This document shows, one piece after another, positions 8,773 to 16,501 of a stretch of DNA of 29,306 nucleotides. Origin of the DNA: a virus (lineage: Duplodnaviria; Heunggongvirae; Uroviricota; Caudoviricetes); IMG/VR virus record IMGVR_UViG_3300025723_001543, positions 1 through 29,306 of that record; one strand, 5' to 3'. Every line of letters begins with the position of its first letter. The first letter of the stretch is position 1. The position numbers and the translations under genes were made by a program. A model generated the notes under the pieces. That model was not told the origin of the DNA and searched no databases. It saw nothing but the letters and a program-made list of their open reading frames with translations.

Positions 8773-9425
8773 GTACACTCAGAGAAATATTTTATACCAT
8801 TCCAAAGATATCTGATAAGTGGGATAGGTATTTTGATGTCTATGATCGCCACTTCGAAAAGTTTAAAGGAAAAAATATCACATTTATTGAAGTTGGCGTA
8901 CAAAATGGCGGATCACTTGAAATGTGGTCTCGTTATTTTGGTCCAGAAAGTAAGATATATGGTATTGGTGTTGATCCTAAATGTTCTGATCTAGTATATG
9001 ATAATCCAAACGTAAAGATTATTATTGGTGATCAAGCATCAGAAGAATTTTGGGATAAGACACTTTTAGAAATTGGTCCTGTTGATATTATGGTTGAAGA
9101 TGGTGGCCATCATATGAAACAGCAAATTGTAACTTTTGAAAAAGTTTTTCCTATAATAAATTCTAATGGCGTTTATATTTGTGAAGATACTCATACTAGC
9201 TATTGGGATGATTATTCTGGTGGATATAAGAACATGGCATCTTTTATTGAATATAGTAAGAATTTTGTAGATGTTCTTCATTACGAATTTATGCGTAATG
9301 GACATGGGCAAATAAAAGATAAGGCAAATCTTTCAAAAGGATTGTCTTCTATTTCTTACTATGATAGTATGGTCGTATTCGAAAAAACACCTCTTGTCGA
9401 AATGAAATGTGTATTTAGCAAATAA
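8769..9425 (+). CDS. Class I SAM-dependent (sugar O-)methyltransferase
   Basis: EVGVQNGGS, GDQ, DGGH, EDTHTSY. Confidence 0.8.
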   Translation: MSTLREIFYTIPKISDKWDRYFDVYDRHFEKFKGKNITFIEVGVQNGGSLEMWSRYFGPESKIYGIGVDPKCSDLVYDNPNVKIIIGDQASEEFWDKTLLEIGPVDIMVEDGGHHMKQQIVTFEKVFPIINSNGVYICEDTHTSYWDDYSGGYKNMASFIEYSKNFVDVLHYEFMRNGHGQIKDKANLSKGLSSISYYDSMVVFEKTPLVEMKCVFSK

Positions 9426-9439
9426 TAAGGAAATATAAT

Positions 9440-10714
9440 ATGGAAAATTGCACAGAACTTACTTCATGTGTTGCTTGTGGATCGCACAATTTAAAATTGA
9501 CTCTCGATCTTAATACTCAACCCCTTGCTAATTCTTATAAGTTGAATAAGGATGATGTTCAAGAAGAATATCCTCTTGCTATTAATCGTTGTACCGATTG
9601 CTATCATATTCAGTTAACTCATTCTGTTGATCCTCATCTTATGTTTGATGATTATCTTTATGTTAGTGGTACTTCTACTACAATGCATAGTCATTGTGAT
9701 CATTTTGCTCAATATGCATCGACCACTCATTCAAATTATACCGATTCACAGGGCCAACCTAAGAAGGTATTTGATATTGGGTGTAATGATGGGACGCAGT
9801 TAGATTATTTTAAGAAATTGGGGCATACAACTTTTGGTGTTGACCCTGCTCAAAATCTTTTTTCACTCACTTATAAGAATCATGAAGTATGGTGTGATTA
9901 TTTTAATAATAATTTTATCAAGGAAGAACTTGTCGATAGAGTAGGCAATTCTTTAACTTTTGATATCATTTCTGCCCAGAATGTTTTTGCACATGGTCCT
10001 GATCCTCTAGGATTTTTACAAACTGCAAAGAAAATTATGAATGATGATACTCTTTTGTTTATTCAAACTTCACAGGCATTTATGATTCGTAATAACGAAT
10101 TTGATACTATCTATCACGAGCATATTTCATTTTTTAATGTAAAGTCTATGAATGAATTGTGTAAAAGGGCTGGTCTTACTCTTGTTGATGTTCAATATAT
10201 GCCTATTCATGGTACTAGCTTTGTATTTGTTATTTCAAAAAATCCTGTCATTCGTTTTCCTTTCATGGAAACCAAGATTGAGCAGCTGATTGGTATTGAG
10301 GAAAAAGCTGGTGTATATGATGAAGGAACATATGAGAGATATGCAAAACGAGCCAATGAAATCGTAAAGCAACTTAAGTATGAAACTGATTTTGTTCGTC
10401 AAAATATGATTGGTTGGAATGTTGTTGGATATGGCGCTGCAGCAAAGGGAATGACTCTTCTTAATTATTCTAAAATTAATCTTGATTTTATTGTTGATGA
10501 TAATCCTCTTAAGCAAGGTCGATTTACACCCGGCACTTCTATTCCGATTGTATCTGCAGATCATATCGATAAGCTTGGTACAACTATGTTTGTTCCACTT
10601 GCATGGAATTTCTTTGATGAAATTCGTAAGAAGATCAAGGAACGTAGGAATGAAGAAGACCACAGATATGATAAGTTTATTACTTATTTCCCCCGTGTGG
10701 AGATCAAAGAGTGA
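9440..10714 (+). CDS. NDP-hexose C-methyltransferase (Zn-binding N-terminus, C-methyltransferase C-terminal domain)
   Basis: CxxC...CxxC, DIGCNDG, FDTIYHEH, HGTS, GYGAAAKG, KQGRFTPG, LAWNF. Confidence 0.9.
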   Translation: MENCTELTSCVACGSHNLKLTLDLNTQPLANSYKLNKDDVQEEYPLAINRCTDCYHIQLTHSVDPHLMFDDYLYVSGTSTTMHSHCDHFAQYASTTHSNYTDSQGQPKKVFDIGCNDGTQLDYFKKLGHTTFGVDPAQNLFSLTYKNHEVWCDYFNNNFIKEELVDRVGNSLTFDIISAQNVFAHGPDPLGFLQTAKKIMNDDTLLFIQTSQAFMIRNNEFDTIYHEHISFFNVKSMNELCKRAGLTLVDVQYMPIHGTSFVFVISKNPVIRFPFMETKIEQLIGIEEKAGVYDEGTYERYAKRANEIVKQLKYETDFVRQNMIGWNVVGYGAAAKGMTLLNYSKINLDFIVDDNPLKQGRFTPGTSIPIVSADHIDKLGTTMFVPLAWNFFDEIRKKIKERRNEEDHRYDKFITYFPRVEIKE

Positions 10715-11505
10715 AAAAATATGCCTATTATCATATGTATTTGACAGAAGATAATGGTGCATGGTCATCTTATTTACTAGAAAATTATAAGAGAATGGAA
10801 GACAATGGTTTATTAGATGTATTAGAAAAAATATATCTAATAGCCATTGGCAAAGAAAAAAACTTAACGATGGCTGATAATTTATCAGCCGCTCTTTCTA
10901 ATAAGTATGTTTTTATTCCTTATAAAAATACATTTAATAGTGATAGTGATTTGAATCTATTAAATAATGATCGTATGCATGTTCCACAAGTTAGTGAAAA
11001 TGTAACCATGAAATTGATTTATGATCATGCCTGTATAGAAGATGCATATTTTATGTACAATCATTCAAAAGGAATTACATCTTTTGAAAGACATTTATCA
11101 AAAGAAAAATATCAAGAATTTATTAATTATTATTATTGGAAAGAATATATTTCTTGGGGAGTAATTGATAATTGGAAATTGTGCAATACTATGTTGGATA
11201 ACGATTTTCATACAGCTGGAACAAATTATTATGATGTTCCTCATAAGCATTATAGTGGAAATACTTGGTGGGCAACATCAAGATATATAAGAGCGTTGCC
11301 TGATCCTACAACTAATGAATGGTGGGAAGATATACAAAGAACCACCACCGATATTTGGTTGAAAAATTGTTCTATAAGATATAAAGATGAACAATGGTTG
11401 TGTTGTCACCCAGATGTAAAAATATTTAATCTTTTAAATATTGAACCTATATTAGGGAAAAAAGATTTGGCTTATGCTAGAGCAATTAAAAAACTTTACG
11501 CATAA
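10711..11505 (+). CDS. Phage glycosyltransferase-like protein
   Basis: YxHSKG and HYSGNxWWATSxYIxxL motifs typical of large-phage/NCLDV GT-like proteins. Confidence 0.55.
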   Translation: MKKYAYYHMYLTEDNGAWSSYLLENYKRMEDNGLLDVLEKIYLIAIGKEKNLTMADNLSAALSNKYVFIPYKNTFNSDSDLNLLNNDRMHVPQVSENVTMKLIYDHACIEDAYFMYNHSKGITSFERHLSKEKYQEFINYYYWKEYISWGVIDNWKLCNTMLDNDFHTAGTNYYDVPHKHYSGNTWWATSRYIRALPDPTTNEWWEDIQRTTTDIWLKNCSIRYKDEQWLCCHPDVKIFNLLNIEPILGKKDLAYARAIKKLYA

Positions 11506-11508
11506 ATA
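11501..11508 (+). promoter_or_regulatory. Putative late promoter variant CATAAATA
   Basis: Near-consensus, upstream of the nuclease gene. Confidence 0.4.
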
Positions 11509-11546
11509 GAGGGCTAATTAATATTATAATTACAATGGAGAATATT

Positions 11547-12344
11547 ATGAATAGACTATTACTTTCTACTTTCTTTGTCTTGACTTTGGCATTTGGTGTA
11601 TATGCTGCGGATCAGACACCACCTAAGCCTATAGCTACTTGTGCTGCACAGATTCCATATGGTCAACCATCTGTTAAGGCTGGTGATACTCTTGTTTGTC
11701 GGTCAGCATATTTGCTTTCATTCAATCCACATACTAAGACTCCTGATTGGGTTTCTTGGACATTGACGCCAGAACATGCTATTGGTTGTGTTCCTCGTGT
11801 CAATGCTTTTGCTGCAGATCAGTCTCTTGCAGCCGCATCTCCAAAGCCTGATGATTATGCTGGTTCTGGTTATGATCAGGGACACCTTGCCAATAATGCC
11901 GACATGTCATGGGACGAAGGTATTGCCAAGGAATCATTCCTTATGTCTAATATGAGCCCACAACTTCCTTCCGTAAACCGTGGTACTTGGAAGAATCTTG
12001 AATCAGCTGAACGTGCATGGGTCTATACAACTCAACATGCACATACAATGTATGCTGGTGATATTGGTGGAACAAAGACTATTGGCGCTGATAAGGTTGT
12101 AGTTCCTGATTTTCTTTTCAAGATCGTGATTGATGATGTTACTAAGAAATCTTATGCTTTCTTGTTTCCCCACAAGGATGGTTTGTCAGCTGATTTTGCC
12201 CCTTATCAGGTAACAGTTGCTGATATTGAGAAGGCTACTGGTGAAACATTTCCAGTTCCTGACTCTAAAACTGTAAAAAATCCTCTTATTCCTGTTGATC
12301 TTAAGACAATTGCAGTAGATAAGAAGAATCAGTGTAAATCATAA
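11547..12344 (+). CDS. Secreted DNA/RNA non-specific endonuclease (NucA/Serratia family)
   Basis: Signal peptide (VYA-AD), DY.GSGYDQGHL, SNMSPQ...NRGTW..LE. Confidence 0.9.
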   Translation: MNRLLLSTFFVLTLAFGVYAADQTPPKPIATCAAQIPYGQPSVKAGDTLVCRSAYLLSFNPHTKTPDWVSWTLTPEHAIGCVPRVNAFAADQSLAAASPKPDDYAGSGYDQGHLANNADMSWDEGIAKESFLMSNMSPQLPSVNRGTWKNLESAERAWVYTTQHAHTMYAGDIGGTKTIGADKVVVPDFLFKIVIDDVTKKSYAFLFPHKDGLSADFAPYQVTVADIEKATGETFPVPDSKTVKNPLIPVDLKTIAVDKKNQCKS

Positions 12345-12379
12345 TAAGAACAAAACTTATTATAGGTTAATAAAAACAG

Positions 12380-12415
12380 TTGACACATATTACAAACCGT
12401 AGTAATATGTGTCAA
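12380..12415 (+). promoter_or_regulatory. Sigma70 promoter TTGACA-N17-TAATAT embedded in a perfect 14-bp inverted repeat
   Basis: ttgacacatattac / gtaatatgtgtcaa. Confidence 0.75.
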
Positions 12416-12421
12416 TAATTT

Positions 12422-12495
12422 TGAGGTGTCGTCTAATGGTAGGACGCAGGATTTTGATTCCTGCTATCGTGGTTCGAGTCCATGCACCTCAACCA
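12422..12495 (+). tRNA. tRNA-Gln(UUG)
   Basis: U1-A72 acceptor tgaggtg/cacctca, loop ttTTGat, CCA. Confidence 0.92.
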
Positions 12496-12506
12496 ATTTT
12501 TAAATT

Positions 12507-12582
12507 ACTAAATATACTTACACCCTATGTGTTCATACTGCAGCAAGTTCTCATTTATAGCTGCATATGAGAGGAGAATAAA
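12507..12582 (+). promoter_or_regulatory. Late promoter variant (ACTAAATA) plus a structured 5' leader
   Basis: Hairpin tcatactgcagc/gctgcatatga abutting the GAGGAG SD; 12519-12534 complementary to 13355-13370. Confidence 0.55.
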
Positions 12583-13347
12583 ATGAAAATATTAACACCG
12601 TCAGTGTTTGCTTTATTGAGTATTTTTACATTTGGAACATTAATTCCAAGTGAAGTAAACGCTGAACCTTTATCAGATGCTTCGCCTATTCATAAAAAGC
12701 ATGTGAAAAAGAAAAGAGTGATACATAGAAAAAAATATAAAAAGCATATTGATAGACAGCCATCTGTAGCCGAATTGAAGACACAATGTTATACTAATTA
12801 CAGTATGACAAATGAAATTTCTCCGGCAGCTTTTTTTGCATGTGATAATATTGGGATTCCATCTTCTACATTTGAACCCCGTGTAAAAAAAACAGAACAT
12901 AGTATTTTTGGTAGTTTGACAAACCCAAAAATTATTGATGAGGCTTCTAAACTTGCAGGATTAGATGCTCGTAGCCATAGAGAAGAAATTAAAACTTATC
13001 TAAAATTGGGAAATTCTAATCAAACACCAGTCGATCCTTTAAGAACTCCATGGTGTGCAGCATTTGCAAATGCAGTACTTCGTCGTACTGGTTATGAAGG
13101 TACTGATAGCTTGATGGCTAGAAGTTTTCTTAGTTGGGGAATCAAAACAAAAAATCCTAAAGAAGGAGATATTGTTGTTTTGAGGCGTGGCAAAGGAAAA
13201 GTTCTAGGGCATGTAGGTTTTTTTGATGGATATGAGTGGGATGGAAATCAATTGTATGTAAAAGTGCTTGGTGGAAATCAGGGGAAATCAGTTAATGTAG
13301 CTTATTTTCCAGTTAATTATGTTTTAGCTTATAGAAGACCTGTTTAA
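12583..13347 (+). CDS. TIGR02594-like NlpC/P60/CHAP peptidoglycan hydrolase with signal peptide
   Basis: PWCAAF, ARSFL.WG, GDIVV, GHVGF, LGGNQ; N-terminal signal and basic linker. Confidence 0.85.
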   Translation: MKILTPSVFALLSIFTFGTLIPSEVNAEPLSDASPIHKKHVKKKRVIHRKKYKKHIDRQPSVAELKTQCYTNYSMTNEISPAAFFACDNIGIPSSTFEPRVKKTEHSIFGSLTNPKIIDEASKLAGLDARSHREEIKTYLKLGNSNQTPVDPLRTPWCAAFANAVLRRTGYEGTDSLMARSFLSWGIKTKNPKEGDIVVLRRGKGKVLGHVGFFDGYEWDGNQLYVKVLGGNQGKSVNVAYFPVNYVLAYRRPV

Positions 13348-13354
13348 ATCAACC

Positions 13355-13379
13355 GAATACATAGGGTGTATTCTTTTTT
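13355..13379 (+). terminator. Rho-independent terminator
   Basis: gaataca-taggg-tgtattc followed by T6. Confidence 0.6.
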
Positions 13380-13396
13380 ACATATGGAGAAATAAA

Positions 13397-13762
13397 ATGA
13401 TTGTTGAACCTTGGGGCTGGCATTTGCTTTTGGATTGTTCTGGTGGTAAGAATGAACTTATCACATCAGAAGAAAATGTATATAATTTTGTAAAAGAATT
13501 AGTTGTTGCTATTGATATGGTTGCATATGGTGAACCAATCATTAGTCGGTTTGCAACACATGATGCTGATAAAGCTGGTATCAGTTTTGTCCAAATGATC
13601 GAAACCTCACATATTGCTGGTCATTTTTGTGAAAACAATGGTGATTTTTATATGGATGTTTTTTCTTGTAAAGATTTCGAAGATGATGTAGTGTTTGAAG
13701 TTGTGCAAAAGTATTTTGAACCTACAAAGATTCGCCCTCATTTTGTTACGAGAGACGCTTAA
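13397..13762 (+). CDS. speD: S-adenosylmethionine decarboxylase proenzyme (pyruvoyl-dependent)
   Basis: G.HLLLD, ETSHIAGH cleavage motif, DVFSCK.F. Confidence 0.75.
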   Translation: MIVEPWGWHLLLDCSGGKNELITSEENVYNFVKELVVAIDMVAYGEPIISRFATHDADKAGISFVQMIETSHIAGHFCENNGDFYMDVFSCKDFEDDVVFEVVQKYFEPTKIRPHFVTRDA

Positions 13763-13787
13763 TAATTTAAAAAATAAAAGGTGACAT

Positions 13788-14546
13788 ATGAAAATTGAAC
13801 ATGCATATATTCTTTACATTAATGAACCCAATTCAATAAAGTATATGGAAGAGTGTAAAAAATCTTGTGAAGAGCATGGGATTCCTGTGACACCTTTTCT
13901 TGGATTGAAACTTCCCACTTCTGTTGCAGAAATTAAGCAGAAGTGGGGATTTCGTGTCAATCCTATCGTAGAAGAGAGACAAAATGAAGATGTTTTTAAT
14001 ATTTGGTTTAAAGAACAATGTTGCCTGACTGGCCATCTTGCTATATGGAATAAGATCGCCACAGAACACACTAATGCTGTAGCAGTATTTGAACATGATG
14101 CTTTGGTAAAGAAGAATTTTCTTGATGTAGATGTGCAAGATCGTGAATATGTTTTCTTGGGTTATCGGTTTGATAATCGTGATGATTATGAATGTATTGA
14201 TGAACCTTTTGCTAAAGTTGATATAGAAAAGTTCGAAGGAACACATGCATATGCATTGACACCTTGGACTGCATCTGCTTGTCTACAAGCACTTGACAAG
14301 ATGCCCGTTCTTCCTCTTGGTGTCTCTATTGATCATATGATGGGTGTAACAAATGCATTTAAGATTGATCTTAGAGTTGTTGATCCCAGTCCTTGCATTG
14401 CTGCAATTGAAGAAAAAAAGTCATACACACAACCGAATGAAAAAACTGCAAGATATAATATGATCCCTCAAGAAAAAACTTTGATGGGAATTAAAAATCA
14501 TGATAAGTATAAGATTGATTATAAAAATAATTGGATTGTTTTCTGA
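13788..14546 (+). CDS. GT25-like glycosyltransferase
   Basis: C..GH..IW, VFEHDA, GTHAYALT, ID motifs. Confidence 0.7.
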   Translation: MKIEHAYILYINEPNSIKYMEECKKSCEEHGIPVTPFLGLKLPTSVAEIKQKWGFRVNPIVEERQNEDVFNIWFKEQCCLTGHLAIWNKIATEHTNAVAVFEHDALVKKNFLDVDVQDREYVFLGYRFDNRDDYECIDEPFAKVDIEKFEGTHAYALTPWTASACLQALDKMPVLPLGVSIDHMMGVTNAFKIDLRVVDPSPCIAAIEEKKSYTQPNEKTARYNMIPQEKTLMGIKNHDKYKIDYKNNWIVF

Positions 14547-14713
14547 TGGAAAAAATAGAATTGGATATTAAACAAGTAGAAATAAATTGGTTAATAGACA
14601 ATTTAGAACGTATTAAATTAGTTTTAGAAGCAAATTATTATACAGATAAAGATAAGTTGATAGCTATTGCTTGGTTGGCAAAACAAGCTTTGAAAACAAA
14701 AAAGGAAGATTGA
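14546..14713 (+). CDS. Hypothetical protein (55 aa)
   Basis: TGATG coupling with the upstream gene. Confidence 0.6.
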   Translation: MEKIELDIKQVEINWLIDNLERIKLVLEANYYTDKDKLIAIAWLAKQALKTKKED

Positions 14714-14714
14714 T

Positions 14715-15389
14715 ATGCGTGTATATATGGGGCCATATAAAAATGCATTTTCGGTATACCGTCTTGAAAGATGGTGGCTTGAAAGACAATATGGTGAAAA
14801 ATTTTATGATGTAGAAGAAAAAAATTACACAAAGGTTGATAATTTTGTTATAAATTTTTGTAATATGATACAATTGATTCTTAACAATACTATTAACAAA
14901 TTTTCTAAAGAACGTAAAATTAAAATTAAGATTCATGACTATGATATTTGGTCAATGGATAACACACTTGCTTTAATTATACATCCTATGCTTTTGAAAC
15001 TCAAAGAACAGAAGCATGGCAGTCCTTTTGTAGATGCAGAAGATGTTCCTGAAGACTTGCGTCCTGATCCGAATCGTGATAAGATGTATGAGAATAAGGA
15101 AATACAATATTGGGAAATTGATAATACCATTGAAAAACGTTGGGATTGGGTTCTTGATGAAATAATCTTTGCTTTTTCGTGTGAGCTTGATGATGAATGG
15201 GAAAATCAATTTTATTCTGGAGAAGCCGATCATATTTTTGTAAAAAATGAAGAAACTGGCTTGACAGAAATGAAATATGGTCCTAAACATACTTTTGAAG
15301 TTGATAAAGACGCTATGGAAAAAGAATGGGATCGTCGCAAAAATGGTCTTAGATTGTTTGGCAAGTACTATCATGGACTCTGGGACTAA
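14715..15389 (+). CDS. Conserved T4-like phage hypothetical protein
   Basis: YDIWSMD.TLA.II.PML..LK..KHG.P...WDWVLDE..FAF...GL.LFGKYY..LWD pattern seen in large myoviruses. Confidence 0.75.
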   Translation: MRVYMGPYKNAFSVYRLERWWLERQYGEKFYDVEEKNYTKVDNFVINFCNMIQLILNNTINKFSKERKIKIKIHDYDIWSMDNTLALIIHPMLLKLKEQKHGSPFVDAEDVPEDLRPDPNRDKMYENKEIQYWEIDNTIEKRWDWVLDEIIFAFSCELDDEWENQFYSGEADHIFVKNEETGLTEMKYGPKHTFEVDKDAMEKEWDRRKNGLRLFGKYYHGLWD

Positions 15390-15407
15390 ACACAAGGAGT
15401 AAATTCT

Positions 15408-15581
15408 ACGAACTTTAACTATTCAGTAGAAATTTCGAAGAAGTCAGCGTTCGTAGATGAACTCAATAATCGGTTGAAGATATATAAGAATACTGATGAT
15501 AATGAAATCATCATTCGATATTTGGAAAAACGCATTAAAGAGATAAATGAAGAAGAAAATAAAATGCTTTTTCCAAATTAA
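15408..15581 (+). CDS. 57-aa ORF with an ACG start codon (or start-lost pseudogene)
   Basis: AAGGAG SD 8 nt before ACG; open frame NFNYSVEISKKSAFVDEL...MLFPN. Confidence 0.45.
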   Translation, partial: TNFNYSVEISKKSAFVDELNNRLKIYKNTDDNEIIIRYLEKRIKEINEEENKMLFPN

Positions 15582-15584
15582 GTA

Positions 15585-15613
15585 TTGCATCTTCAATAAA
15601 GTTGATGTAATAT
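15585..15613 (+). promoter_or_regulatory. Sigma70-type promoter TTGCAT-N17-TAATAT within an inverted repeat
   Basis: tattgcatc / gatgtaata arms. Confidence 0.55.
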
Positions 15614-15622
15614 ATGAAAAGT

Positions 15623-15713
15623 GGGGGCGGGTGTTGGACACAAGAGAGATTTATAAACTCTTTAGCAGTAGATGACTGTTCTGGACTAGGATCGAAACCT
15701 AGCGTCCCTACCA
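15623..15713 (+). tRNA. Atypical tRNA-like RNA, UAU anticodon (nominal Ile), minimal D-loop, long variable arm
   Basis: Acceptor gggggcg/cgtccct-A-CCA; D gtgt-tgg-acac; agagag-atttataaa-ctcttt; V agcagt/actgtt; T ctagg-atcgaaa-cctag. Confidence 0.7.
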
Positions 15714-15736
15714 TTTAATAACACAAGGAGAAAAAA

Positions 15737-16261
15737 ATGTTCAAGTCTATTATTACTTTCGCTGCTATTGTTGCCTCAACTGCAGCACTTGCTACTGATC
15801 TACCTTCAAAGATGACTCCATCTGTTCCTACTCCTGTAGCTTCAGTTAGTATTCCTTTCTTTATTGGTGTCCGTGGCGGTGAACTTTATAAATCAGGGGT
15901 CAACAACTGGACAGTTGGTGGCAATGCTGGATATGAAGTAAATAAGTTTTTTCGTTTTGAAGCCGATTATGATCGTTTCAATAACAAGACTAAGACTGCT
16001 AAGGCAGATGTTATGAGTGTCAATGCAATTGGTCAGATTCCTCTTGGCTTTATGAACATTACACCTTATGCTCTTGCTGGTGTTGGTTATGCATGGAATA
16101 CTGTAAAGAACCAAGATGTTTATGCTGTAGGCGGCGGGGTTCGTTATGGTGTAACCAACAACATTGAGCTTGATGGGCGTTATCGTCATATCGCCAATTT
16201 TAAGAATGAAAAGAACACTATCAATAATGTTGTTACTATTGGTGTGAACTACAAGTTCTAA
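15737..16261 (+). CDS. Outer-membrane beta-barrel protein (Omp25/RopB/opacity-porin-like)
   Basis: Signal peptide, mature ATDLPSK, PY..AG.GY, C-terminal GVNYKF BAM signal. Confidence 0.85.
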   Translation: MFKSIITFAAIVASTAALATDLPSKMTPSVPTPVASVSIPFFIGVRGGELYKSGVNNWTVGGNAGYEVNKFFRFEADYDRFNNKTKTAKADVMSVNAIGQIPLGFMNITPYALAGVGYAWNTVKNQDVYAVGGGVRYGVTNNIELDGRYRHIANFKNEKNTINNVVTIGVNYKF

Positions 16262-16263
16262 TC

Positions 16264-16314
16264 TTGACAATTATAACTGTGGGTGATAATATTTGCCCAC
16301 AGTTAGTTTTCTTT
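16264..16314 (+). promoter_or_regulatory. Sigma70 promoter TTGACA-N17-TAATAT overlapped by a terminator hairpin
   Basis: taactgtgggt/gcccacagtta followed by a T-rich tail. Confidence 0.7.
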
Positions 16315-16315
16315 C

Positions 16316-16392
16316 GGTCTCTTAACTCAGCTGGATAGAGTGACGGATTTCTACTCCGTATGTCAAAGGTTCGAATCCTTTAGAGACCACCA
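16316..16392 (+). tRNA. tRNA-Arg(UCU)
   Basis: Acceptor ggtctct/agagacc, acgga-ttTCTac-tccgt, CCA. Confidence 0.92.
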
Positions 16393-16397
16393 ATAAT

Positions 16398-16480
16398 GGG
16401 CGCATGGGGAAATTGGTAAACCCATCTGACTTAAAATCAGACGCTTCGGCTTGACGGTTCGAGTCCGTCTGCGCCCACCA
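16398..16480 (+). tRNA. tRNA-Leu(UAA)
   Basis: Acceptor gggcgca/tgcgccc, tctga-ctTAAaa-tcaga, variable arm, CCA. Confidence 0.92.
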
Positions 16481-16501
16481 TTTTTTTAAAAGGATTATAT
16501 T

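Noticed and set aside
4645-11505. Bacterial chromosomal O-antigen locus
   Set aside because: No flippase, polymerase or ABC exporter; embedded among T4-like genes and late promoters
12519-13370. IS or MITE terminal inverted repeats around the hydrolase gene
   Set aside because: No transposase or target-site duplication; the G-U-compatible mismatch and coincidence with predicted transcript ends favour RNA pairing
15649-15657. Ochre suppressor (UUA anticodon) reading of the atypical tRNA
   Set aside because: Stem symmetry centres the loop on TAT; TAA is the main stop codon throughout the window
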